A stretch of 20,000 bases of DNA from Chiloscyllium plagiosum (lineage: Eukaryota): positions 4,765,931 to 4,785,930 of the forward strand of contig NC_057754.1 in the NCBI RefSeq assembly GCF_004010195.1. Reading direction: 5' to 3'. Shown here piece after piece: positions 1 to 9,431 of the stretch (position 1 is its first letter; each line of letters begins with the position of its first letter). Both the position numbers and the translations under genes were made by a program. Below the pieces are notes generated by a model. The model made no database searches and was not told where the DNA came from. It saw only the letters and a program-made list of their open reading frames with translations.

Positions 1-304
1 TAATTCCAATAAAAGGCAAGCTTAGAGATCTACTACTGAAAATCTAAGGCTGCTTATTGTTTAGGAGGTGCCTTATAATGAAATAAAAGTTGATAAATGG
101 ACAAATTAATGATTTATTCTGCTATCATTCGAGATGGATCAGAACTGCTGAAATGCAATTGCTTTTCAGATTACAAAATCCAAGAGTTGTGATTAACTTC
201 ATCAAGTTCTCCTATTAGTTTCAGAGTATTAATGGACAAGGAGACACAAAATTTTGAGGTACAACATGACCTTGCAATTACAAGCATTCAATGTTGAGAC
301 TTGT

Positions 305-397
305 GTCGAGAGTGTAGTGCTGGAAAAGCACAGCAGATCAGGCAGCATCCCAGGAGCAGGAGAATCGACGTTTCGGGCATAAGCTCTTCATCAGGCA
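305..397 (-). mobile_element. Short Penelope-like-element-derived insertion with 12-bp flanking duplication
   Basis: GTTGAGACTTGT occurs at 293-304 and 398-409, flanking 93 bp that are homologous (inverted) to 2583-2666. The insert keeps 4 CpGs in a CpG-poor window. PLE assignment is inferred from the hammerhead motif. Confidence 0.8.
361..395 (-). ncRNA. Minimal hammerhead ribozyme motif (remnant)
   Basis: Minus strand reads C-CUGAUGA-A-GAGC-UUAU-GCCC-GAAAC-GUC-GAUUCU: core boxes CUGAUGA and GAAA, stem II with one mismatch, palindromic ACGU in place of stem III, and a GUC triplet. Confidence 0.65.
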
Positions 398-1332
398 GTT
401 GAGACTTGTACAGGTTGCGGTCGTGCAGGATAACCTTGTGGTTACAAGTGTACTAGTCTGAAGCTTGACATGAATTGCCAAAGGAAATTTGTTGTGACAA
501 GTCCTTGATCTAACCTATGTGACATAAAGGCTGTTGGCAACTAGAGATCAGATGCTGTATTACAGCCCAGGAGGTAAAATCAGCAAGCTAGCCATGTTTC
601 TGTGTGACTGGTTAGAGAGTGGATTTGCTATAGGGCTGAAGCAAGGCACGAGCCAGGGTCTGGTCTTTAGCAACTGAGAAAAAAAGTACTATAATGAGAT
701 TTTTTCAGAAAAATTAATATATATTGTCTTGGTGAAGAATAAATAATGCTGCAAATAAGTATAAAGTAAAAGCTAGTGCCACCTGCTAAGCAGATCATTT
801 TCCATTCTGCCGTACACTTTGCAGTGTGACAGCCGCTTAAGATGCACAGTGTACATTTTCTTCCTCTCATAATTCTTCCTAACCTCTGTTCAGTTTTACA
901 TTATTTCTTTGTTCTGCTTATGCAGTGCGGTTACTCAGCTTATTTAATGCATTGATGCCTATGTTCTCACAATGACAAAGAACACATTTCAGCATCTTGC
1001 TTTCTCATGCAATGAATTTGTCACCATGTAAAATGCCTTCAACAGCAGATACAGATATGTAACGAGCAGTTGTTCACCCTAGTGTTGCACAGTTCAAAAT
1101 TAGGTGTCAATATAAAACCCAGGTTTCAGACTGATGCAATCTATAATAGAAATGTGTATTTCTTCACTCTTCGCCTAAATGGAGTACAGTATGAAAGTTC
1201 CATATCCTTTCCTGAACCCAATTATTTAGTTTTTTTTTGTCACTAGATTGTGAACTTTTCTTTTTGTATAGTAATGATACTTTTTATTTGTATTTACTAA
1301 TGTGTTGATTAAAGTAGAAGTGTGTGAATCTA

Positions 1333-1338
1333 AATAAA
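1333..1338 (+). promoter_or_regulatory. Candidate polyadenylation signal AATAAA
   Basis: Preceded by U-rich sequence with TGTA motifs and ATTAAA (1308-1313), and followed by GT-rich TTGTTTGTTGTTTGG. Confidence 0.35.
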
Positions 1339-1624
1339 AGCGCCATTGTTTGTTGTTTGGAAGCAGTTAGTGAGGCTGTTAAGTTTATGACATTTGCCAT
1401 TCTATTTGTGCTGTATTTTAGCTGAAATACCTGTATATTGCTTAAAGACAAAATATATGTTAATTTAGGGATACATACTCTACTGTTTGATGTTTAAAAA
1501 TTACCTAGGAAGAATCTTTATTTGAGAGAAAGAATATTTAAAATGTTGAAATCAGTTATAATGGTGTACTTCCATACTTCACTTGTGGATTTAGATTTGA
1601 CTGGTGCATGAAATCAATGTATTT

Positions 1625-2050
1625 CAACAGTACCTTGTATTTATGCAGTTTTTTATGTTGTAAAATGTTTGAAGGTACTTCACAGGAGCTTTACGGAACA
1701 AAGTTTGATATTGGCTCATACTACATGTTAGTTTGAAAGTTGGCTAAAGTGTTAAATTTAAAGGAGTGATTTGTAAAAGGAGAGAAAAGTGGAGATGTTG
1801 AGGGAGAGAATTCCACAGCTTGGACCCCAGGCCATCAAAGGCATGTGGTAGAGCGAGCAAAATCGGAGATGCTTAGGAGGCCAAGGTTGGTGAAGCTCAG
1901 GGACTTTAAGGGGATCACAAGGCTGAAGAGAGAAAAGAAAGAGAAGAGGGAGGCTTTGGAATGAATTATAAACCAAGAAGAACTGTGGTTCTGGTCAAGA
2001 TCCAGATATCTCATGAACTCTAATTCAGTGAGTAAGTAGATCATGTACAG
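1625..2050 (-). mobile_element. L2-type LINE 3' end, degraded
   Basis: Reverse-complement similarity to 11125-11620 (e.g. GAGAGAATTCCACAGCTTGGACCC vs GAGCCCTAAATTCTGAAATTCTCT). Matches recalled shark L2 3' end. No intact ORF. Confidence 0.7.
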
Positions 2051-2214
2051 AACCTGCTCAGAATTTGATGCAAAGCCTTGCACTTAGCCCTAGTGCACTG
2101 AATCACATCTTGTTGCAGAGTGATCACAGGTGAACTGTGACAAGCTTTCTTCTTATTTCCCTTGCTCCATTCAGGTAAGAAATTGTACCTCTGCATGAAG
2201 TTTGGTGTCAGGAA

Positions 2215-3010
2215 ATCAAACTTGAGGGAATTGAAGCTGTGGTAGTAAAAAAGGCATATGGCATGCTTGCCTTCATTGGAAGGGGCATTGAGTATAAAGA
2301 TAGGCAAGTTATGCTGCAGCTTTATAGAACTGTAGGTAGGCCATACTTGGAATATAGCATACAGTTTTGGTCACCACTCTACTAGAAGGATATAGATGTT
2401 TTGGAGAGGTACAGAAAAGGTTTACCAGGATGTTGCCTGGTCTGGGGATTTTAGCAACGAAGAAAGGTTGGATAGACTGGGTTTGTTTTTGCTGGAACGC
2501 AAGATGTTGGGGGTGACTTGAATGAAGTTTATAAGATTGCGAATGGCGTGGATAGAATGGAAAGTATGAGGCTTGTGGGTGCAGGGCTTATGCTTGAAAT
2601 GTCGATCCTTCTGCTCCTCGGATGCTGTCTGAACTGCTGTGCCTTTCCAGCACCACGCTCTTTGACTCTGATCTCCAGCATCTGCAGTCCTCACTTTCTC
2701 CCAGGGCGGAGGGGTCAATTATTAGGTTCAAGGTGCCAGGGGTGAGTTTAAAAAAGATGTATGAGGCACGTTTTTCACACAAAGGGTGGTGAGTGCCTGG
2801 AATGCATTGTCAGAGGAAGTAATGGAAGCAGACACAATAGCAGCATTCAAGAAGCACCTGGATGAATACATGAATAGGAAGGGAATAGAGGGATACCGAT
2901 CCTGTAAGTGAAGACGGTTTTAGTATGGAAGGGCAAAATGTGTTGGCGCAGGCTTGGAGGGCAGAAGGACCTGTTATTCCTGTGCTGAATCGTTCTATGT
3001 CCTTTGTTCT
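2215..3010 (+). mobile_element. CR1 LINE 3' fragment (ORF2 C-terminus and 3' UTR), interrupted by an insertion
   Basis: Encodes GIEYKDRQVMLQLYRTVGRPYLEYSIQFWSP, parallel to the CR1 ORF at 9794-10186. Ends in a GGGCAGAAGGACCTGTT...TTCTATG tail. Confidence 0.9.
2575..2699 (+). mobile_element. Penelope-like short element nested in CR1 (same family as 305-397)
   Basis: AGGGCTTATGCTTGAAATGTCGATCCTTCTGCTCCTCGGATGCTG... aligns with the reverse complement of 305-388. It splits the CR1 sequence GAGGCTT|...CCCAGGG. Confidence 0.85.
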
Positions 3011-3289
3011 GTGATTCTTAGTGAAATTGTCACTCACAAACTCAGTTGTAATTAAAAAGGTGTGATAAAAGTCAGACAGATTTTGTGATTCATTGCATGT
3101 GTTAAGTTTCTTTTCCTGTTGATTAACTTCACTTTCCGTGTAAGATTTGATTCATAAATACTTGGAAATAACTGGAATAAGGGATTTTAAGAAGTTTTTG
3201 GAACAATAAAGTAGTACTGTAGAACACGATTTCTGAACCTGGTTGTCCTTAGTGTTTGTTTTGTTCTTGATAGGTTTAAGACTTTGATA

Positions 3290-3665
3290 CTGTTCCCAGT
3301 TACCTTAAGAAAGTGGTAGTGGCCTTTCTGCCTGAACTGCTGCAGTCTCTGTGCTGTTGGTGTTTTCATAATTATGTTAGTTAGGAAGTACCCAGGATAC
3401 TGATCAAGCAACAATGCAGGAATGCTGATAAATGTCCAAGTTGGGGTAATGTGTGACTTGGAGGTTACGGTGTTCCCATGACATTTTTGCTGTTGTCCTT
3501 CTTAGTAGTAGAGGTCACAAGGGAGGGAGGTTCAAGTTACAGTAACTTTGGTGAGTTATTGAAGTGCATTCTGTAGATAGTACCCAAAGCAGTCATCCTG
3601 TGCTAATGTTGGAGGAGGTGGCTATTGAGTTCAGTGGAAGCAATACTGATCAGGAGAACATCATG
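3290..3665 (-). mobile_element. CR1/L2-group LINE 3' fragment, degraded (family of 4616-5540)
   Basis: Collinear similarity to 4660-5040 (e.g. TGTCCAAGTTGGGGTAATGTGTGACTTGGAGG vs TTCCAAGTCAGGATGATGTATGCCTTGGAGG). Confidence 0.75.
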
Positions 3666-4032
3666 TTCTTGTAGCAACCACTATAATATTTATGTCATGG
3701 CTTATTAGTGTTATCAATATTTTAACTAATTGTTCTCTCAAACATGTATTCTTCCTCGATAACTTTTAAGTGTCAGACAGTACAGTATGTATCCCTTAAA
3801 TGACCATATATTTTGCCTTCAAGCAAGGCTAGTATGCCAGCTGGTGCATTTATATTTTGGTCCGAGATAAATAGTATTGAGAACAGCAGCTTAGCTGGAT
3901 GATTTTACATGTTGTGTGGCAAGGCTAAGACTTACTTTGTGAATCTATTATTTATGAAGCTTTTTGTGATGTATCCTAAGAGATAAAACAATGAACTCTT
4001 GAACTCAGCCATTGCTGTTCTTTTCTTCATTA

Positions 4033-4346
4033 GGGTAGCACAGTGGCTCAGTGGCTAGCACTGCTGCCCCACAGCGCCTGGGATGTGGGTTCGATTCCAT
4101 CCTTGGGTTACTGTCTGTGTGGAGTTTGCACATCCTCCCCGTGTCTGCGTGGGTTTCCTCTGGGTGCTCTGGTTTCCTCCCACAGTACAGATTAGGTGGA
4201 TTGGACATGCTAAAGTGTCCATAGCTGAGCAGGCTAGATAGATTACCATGGAAAATGAAGGATTGCAGGGATGCTCTTTGGAGGGGCAGTGTGGAATCAG
4301 TGGGCCAAATGGACTGCTTCTACACTGTAGGGATTCTATGATTATA
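4033..4346 (+). mobile_element. HE1-like tRNA-derived V-SINE
   Basis: A box TGGCTCAGTGG (4044-4054), B box GGTTCGATTCC (4088-4098), V-domain TGTGTGGAGTTTGCACATCCTCCCCGTGTCTGCGTGGGTTTCC, and CR1-type tail GATTCTATGATT. Second copy at 13346-13702. Confidence 0.9.
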
Positions 4347-4615
4347 GGCATTACTGAACCAATTGGGTTTTCACAACAACAATGATAGTTTCATCTTCAC
4401 CATTACTTAGACCAACTTTATATTTCAGATGTTTTATTTGCATTTAAATTGCACCAGCCGTTCGAGTCATACAGCACGGAAGCAGACCCATTGGTCCAAC
4501 CAGGCCATGCCGAACATAATTCCAACTAACCTAGTCCCACTTGCTGGGATTTGAATCCATATTTCCAGAGTATTACTATGGGTCTCTGGATTACTACATT
4601 ACCACAATGCTATCA
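4347..4615 (-). mobile_element. Older tRNA-derived SINE (related to 5548-5892), interrupted
   Basis: GGCATTACTGAACCAATTGGG...GGGATTTGAATCC parallels 5694-5819. Interrupted at ~4461-4545. Confidence 0.7.
4461..4545 (-). mobile_element. CR1 3'-terminal stub nested in SINE
   Basis: TACAGCACGGAAGCAGACCCATTGGTCCAA...CTAGTCCCACTTGC matches 18110-18186. Confidence 0.75.
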
Positions 4616-5540
4616 ACTCATTTCTATGTGGGATGTGGGTGTTGCTGACTATCCCTCATTGCCGTTGAAAAGGTGGGGGAGAGGTGCCCTCTAAAATCGT
4701 TGCAGTTTGTTTGTTGAAGGTACACCCACAGTATTGTTAGGAAAGAATTTTGACCCAGTAATAGTCAAGGAATAGCAATATTGTTCCAAGTCAGGATGAT
4801 GTATGCCTTGGAGGGCAATGGTGGATAATAACTTGCCATGTGTTCGTTGTCCTTGTTCTTCTGGGTGATAGAGGCTGCGGGTTTGGAAGGTGTTGTTGAA
4901 GGAATCTTTGCTAGTTCCTGCAACGCATCTTGTATATGGTACACACGCTGCCACTGTATGTTGGTGGTAGACACTGAATTTTGCAGATCTTAAATGGAAT
5001 GCCAGTCAAGTGAGCTGCTTGGTGTTGGAACTTTTTGTCTGTTGTTGGAGCTGCAGACCTACAGGCAACTGGAAAGTATTTCATAACTCTCCTGACTTGT
5101 GCTTTGTAAATGGTAGACAAACATTGGGGAAATCAGGAGATGAAATACTCAAAATTTAGAATTGCTAGCTTCCAACTTGCTATTGTAATGACTATATTTA
5201 CATGTTTGGTCTTGTTTAATTTCTAGTCAGTGGTAACTCCAAAGACGTCGATGCTGGGGGTTTCATCTAAGATCATGCCATTGAATGTCAAGGGGAGATT
5301 ATTGGTTTCTCTCTTCTTGGACATGGTCATTACCTGTGACTTGTTTGGTGTGAATGTTACTTGTCACTTGAATGTTGTTTAGGTCTTGTTGCTTGAGGAA
5401 CACAGACTGTTTCAGTATCTGAGGAGTCCAGTGTGGAATAGTACACAATAATCAGCAAATACCCCTACCTCTAACTTTATAATGTAGGGGAGGCCATTGA
5501 AGCAGCTGAATATGTTTGGCCATGGACATTTCCATCAGTT
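4616..5540 (-). mobile_element. CR1/L2-group LINE, 5'-truncated (RT C-terminus and 3' UTR)
   Basis: ORF 4911-5120 STIYKAQVRRVMKYFPVA resembles the LINE post-RT motif YKxxVRxxMEY. Decayed FAD(Y) at 5448-5459. Tail shared with 11625-11795. Confidence 0.8.
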
Positions 5541-5547
5541 TTTAAAA

Positions 5548-5892
5548 TGTATTCACTCATGAGATGTGGGCATTTCTGGTCTAGGCTTGCATTTATTGTC
5601 CATCCCTAATTGCCCAGAGGGCAGCTAGGAGTCAACCACAAGATTCACATTTAGGCCAGACCAGGTAAGGATAGCAGGTTTCCTTCCCGAAAGGGCATTA
5701 GTGAACCAGATGGGGTTTTCTAATAATTGACAGTGGTTTCATGATCATCATTAAGCTCTTCATTCCAGATTTTTTTATTGAATTCAAATTCAACTATCTG
5801 CCATGGTGGGATTTGAACCTGAGTCCCCAGAACACTAGCTGAGTTTCTGAATTAGTAGCTGGGTGATAATACCACAAGGCCATTACCTCTCC
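5548..5892 (-). mobile_element. tRNA-derived SINE with LINE-derived 3' tail
   Basis: Minus-strand A box TGGCCTTGTGG (5872-5882) and B box GGTTCAAATCC (5809-5819). Tail 5548-5616 matches the LINE 3' ends at 4616-4665 and 11730-11795. Confidence 0.85.
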
Positions 5893-6169
5893 ATTGACTG
5901 GATTTAAGCTGACATTGCAATCCGAAAACAAAATATAAATCAACCAGAACTGGTCTGGTTTTGCATTGATGATCTGTTGAAGAGTGACAGGTGCAAAGGA
6001 ACAGGCTTCCTGTCACTCGCTTTACTTGGGAATATTGCATGAAACAGGGAAATCTAAAAAGTAGGAAAAAAAGTTAAAGATGTAAGTATAACAACTGTTA
6101 ATCTTATGTTCTTAAAAATGTTGCGTTTGAGTTTCCTTCTAGCATTCTGATTGTTTCATTTTGTCTGCT

Positions 6170-6285
6170 GATATTTTCTAATTAACCTATTCAGATATTG
6201 TATTGCACATTTGTCGAGCAGGAGCAATTTGAACGTTGGCATCCTGGTCAGACGTAGGAATATTACCCACTGTGCCACGAGATCC
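6170..6285 (-). mobile_element. Short tRNA-derived SINE remnant
   Basis: Minus strand has A box TGGCACAGTGG (6267-6277) and B-like GTTCAAATT (6226-6234) at tRNA-like spacing. No cloverleaf. Confidence 0.55.
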
Positions 6286-6964
6286 TGTCCATTTTGTTTG
6301 TTACATTCTAGCAATCTGCTTGATCTCTGACAACCAAATGGCTTGTCAGGATCAGTACTCGGAAACATTTATTTTCTCTTAAAGAGCACCTGTTCTTGGT
6401 TCAACCTCATTGTACTGGAGTTGTAAACATCTCCCTTAGTCCCTAGAGTTGCATTTTTGGCTTCCTGCTTATCTAATAGTTCTGGTTAATTTTCAGTTTA
6501 AAATATAGAACTCAATCTTCTGATATGAACTGGCAACTTGTTAACCATTTAGAGAATTACTCAATGGAAGCCACAGTTACACTAACTCATTCTTATTTGT
6601 TTTCATTTTGCATAGCAAGTATCTTTATTGGTTTCAAAAAAAAACTTGCAGAGAGCTATTGTCTACCTGGCATTTGGAAAGTTCTGCTTCTTTCTTTTAA
6701 TTCCTTTTTGTGGGTGACCTACTATCAGAGGCATTCAGAGAAACAACCTTCCATGAAGGGATTCAGTAGTTGTAATGCCAGTAGGATCAGATTGATTTTG
6801 GTAAATGCTTATTGGCACTTCTTTCATTGGAAGCCTCCCTGTAATGTTTAAATGCCATCAACAGAGTTCCAACTTTTCAGGAAATAGATCTAATCAACAT
6901 GCTACTTAAATAGAGTAGAAATCATTTCTGAATATTAAAAGCCCTTGTATATGGACATGAATTC

Positions 6965-7077
6965 CCATAGCCTACAAGAATATGGATCAAGAGCTGAAGA
7001 GTGAGAGTAGGCCTGATAACTCTTTTCGGGCAGCACAGAAATGATGTGTCAAAAAGTCTTGTAAATTACTATGATGC
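6965..7077 (+). mobile_element. Highly degraded CR1 3' end
   Basis: CTACAAGAATATGGATCAAGAGCTG...GGCAGCACAGAAATGATG...GTAAATTACTATGAT resembles CR1 3' UTR and tail. Confidence 0.45.
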
Positions 7078-7727
7078 CAGAGAAACAACAAAATAAAAGA
7101 ATTGCCCAACTCTTGCAGGATTCCACTTTCAAGAGCTTAAAATGTGGATAAAAAGAGAATAGATTGAAATCTAACAGGGACAAAGAGGTGCACTGTAATC
7201 AGGTTTGGTTTGCACAATTTAGATCAGAATAATGAAAAATTCTGATAACCCAGCACTTTATCTTTTTTATGCTGTGTGTTCAGTCCCTATGGATGATAAT
7301 ACAGTACAGTGGGGCTTTAGCCAATTAACCGCAGGATTATTCAGGGAATTCAGATATGTAACCAATTAATACTAGGCTGTCAGAGGCTATTATTATCCTA
7401 TTTCATTGGGCCATCCACTGATGTCCATAGCCAAGAAAGGATGAGCATCATTTCTGTATAAATATTAAGAGGCTGCACTTTTTAATATTTGGCTACAGCT
7501 GCTTCCAGGCAGTGTTAGCAAAAGTAACCAAATGGGAGTGTTCACTGAATCTTTATGCCTCTGTGAGTTTGGTTGCGGAAGATTGCAAAAGACTTTGTGG
7601 TTGTTTATCATGACAGGAATATCATGATGACCCTGATTCTTAATGTGCACATGCATCACATAATGTTACACAGACCAGGAAGGTGTCAGGCTGAACCTTT
7701 TGTTTATACAAAACTGGCCAAACTCTG

Positions 7728-8668
7728 TTTGATTTGATTTGATTTACTGTAGTCATGTGTACCTAAGTACAATGAAAAGCTTTGTTTGCAAGCAGTATAG
7801 GCAGACCAAAGTAAGCAAGGACATACAGATTACAAGGTGTTTAGATAGAGCGAGGCATACAGGTTACACTGCACAGGAGGTGCACAAAGCAAGATCAACA
7901 TGAACAAGATTAACATTACTTGAATTTATCCATTCATCAGTCTAATAACAGCAGGGAAGAAGTTGTTCTTGAACCTGTTAGTGCGTGTATTCAAGCTTCT
8001 GTATCTTCTGCCTGGTGGAAGAGGTTGTAAGAGAGCATTGCGGGGGTGGGAGTGGTCTTTGATGGTGTTGGCAGCCTTTCCATGGCAACAAGAAGTGTAA
8101 ATGGAGTCAATGGAGGGAAGCTTGGCTTCCGCGATGGTCTGCACTGTACACTCCACCTTCTGTAGTTTCTTATGGTGCTGGACAGAGCTGTTATTGTACC
8201 TGGCTGTTATACACCCTGATAGTAAGTTTTCTATGATGCATGTGTAGAAGTTGGTAAGAGTCATGGATATGCCGAATTTCCTAAGCCACCTGAGGAAGAA
8301 GAGGCATTGTTGTGCTTTCTTGACTGTTGCATCTACGTGTGAAGTCCATGACAGATTGTCGGTTATCATCATGCCGATGAACTTGATGCTCTCAACCCTT
8401 TCAACCTCTGCTCCCTTGATGTAGATGGGAGTGTGTTCTCCTCCTTTCTTTCTGAAGTAAATGATCGGTTCTTTTGTTTAGCCAACATTGAGAGAGAAGT
8501 TGTTATGATTGTACCACTTCACCAAGCCCGCTATCTCCTTTCTGTATTCTGACTCATTGTTGTTTGATGTCCATCCTACCATAGTGGTATCGTCAGCAAA
8601 CATAGATGGTGTTTGTTTGGAATTTTGCTACACAGCCATGGTATACAGGGAATGCAGTAGTGGGCTTT
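7728..8668 (-). mobile_element. Rex1/Babar-type LINE, 5'-truncated
   Basis: ORF 7926-8372 (ITDNLSWTSHVDATVKKAQQCLFFLRWLRKFG...RTNRFKNNFFPAVIRLMN) is typical of the Rex1 C-terminus. FADD at 8589-8600. (AAATC)n tail at 7728-7745. Confidence 0.88.
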
Positions 8669-8758
8669 ACTGAAGTTATACCTGGATCCTTGCTGTTGAT
8701 GCACATATCTATGAGAAAGTAAAGGTCAGATATGGTCCGTATTCCTAATCCTTATCTA

Positions 8759-9431
8759 GTGGCCTGAAGGTGGATAAATCACCAGGACCAAATGGATAAC
8801 ACCCCAGAGTTCTAAAGGAGATAGCTGGAGAGATAGCGGAGGCGTTAGTGATGATCTCTAAGGAATTGCTGGATTCTGGGAGGGTCCCAGAGGACTAGAA
8901 AATCACTAACATGACACCCCTGTTTAAAAAGGGAGTCAGGCAAATGACAGAAAATTACAGACAATTAGCCTAACCTCGGTCAAGGATAAGATCCTGGAAT
9001 CCATTGTGAAGTATTCTTTGAGGAAGTAATGAGCAGGTTAGACCAAGGAGAGCTAATGGATGTTATCTACCTGGACTTCAAGAAGGCATTTGACAAGTTG
9101 CTGCACAGGAGGCTACTGAGTAAGATAAGGGCCTATAGTCTTAGGTGCAAGGTGCTTGCATGGATAGTAGCTTGGCTATCTGGCAGAAAGTAAAGAGTGG
9201 TGATAAAAGGGTTCTTCTCAGGATGACAGCCGGTGACAAGTGGTGTTCTTCAAGGCTCAGTGTTGGGACCACAACTTTTCACGTTATACATTAATGATCT
9301 AGATGAAGGAACTGAGGGCATTCTGGCTAAGTTTGCAGATGATACAAAGATAGGAAGAGGGACAGGTAGCATTGAGACTGGGGAGACTGCAGTAGGATTT
9401 GGTCAGGTTAGGAGAGTGGGCAAAGAAATGG
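8759..9431 (+). mobile_element. CR1 ORF2 RT fragment (copy A), pseudogenised
   Basis: GLKVDKSPGP...[38 protein letters not shown] and FADD (9332-9343). Contains stops and an internal deletion at ~9012. Confidence 0.92.

Noticed and set aside
2518..2745. ORF resembling a signal peptide (MSILLLLGCCLNCCAFP)
   Set aside because: Read-through across CR1 and the nested Penelope-like insert; the hydrophobicity is incidental.
4033..4105. tRNA gene (also 13346-13420 and 5805-5890)
   Set aside because: A/B boxes belong to SINE heads; no acceptor stem or oligo-T terminator, and SINE bodies follow.
5942..5960. Inverted repeat AACCAGA-ACTGG-TCTGGTT
   Set aside because: A 7-bp stem is within chance expectation and has no supporting context.
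7499..7562. Small exon between TACAG and GTGAGT
   Set aside because: Weak pyrimidine tract and unrecognisable peptide.
7624..7695. C/D-box snoRNA (ATGATGA...CTGA)
   Set aside because: No terminal stem and no recognisable guide; the motifs are expected by chance.
7926..8372. 148-aa ORF as a host gene
   Set aside because: Rex1-type LINE C-terminus; the FADD region upstream is disconnected by stops or frameshifts.
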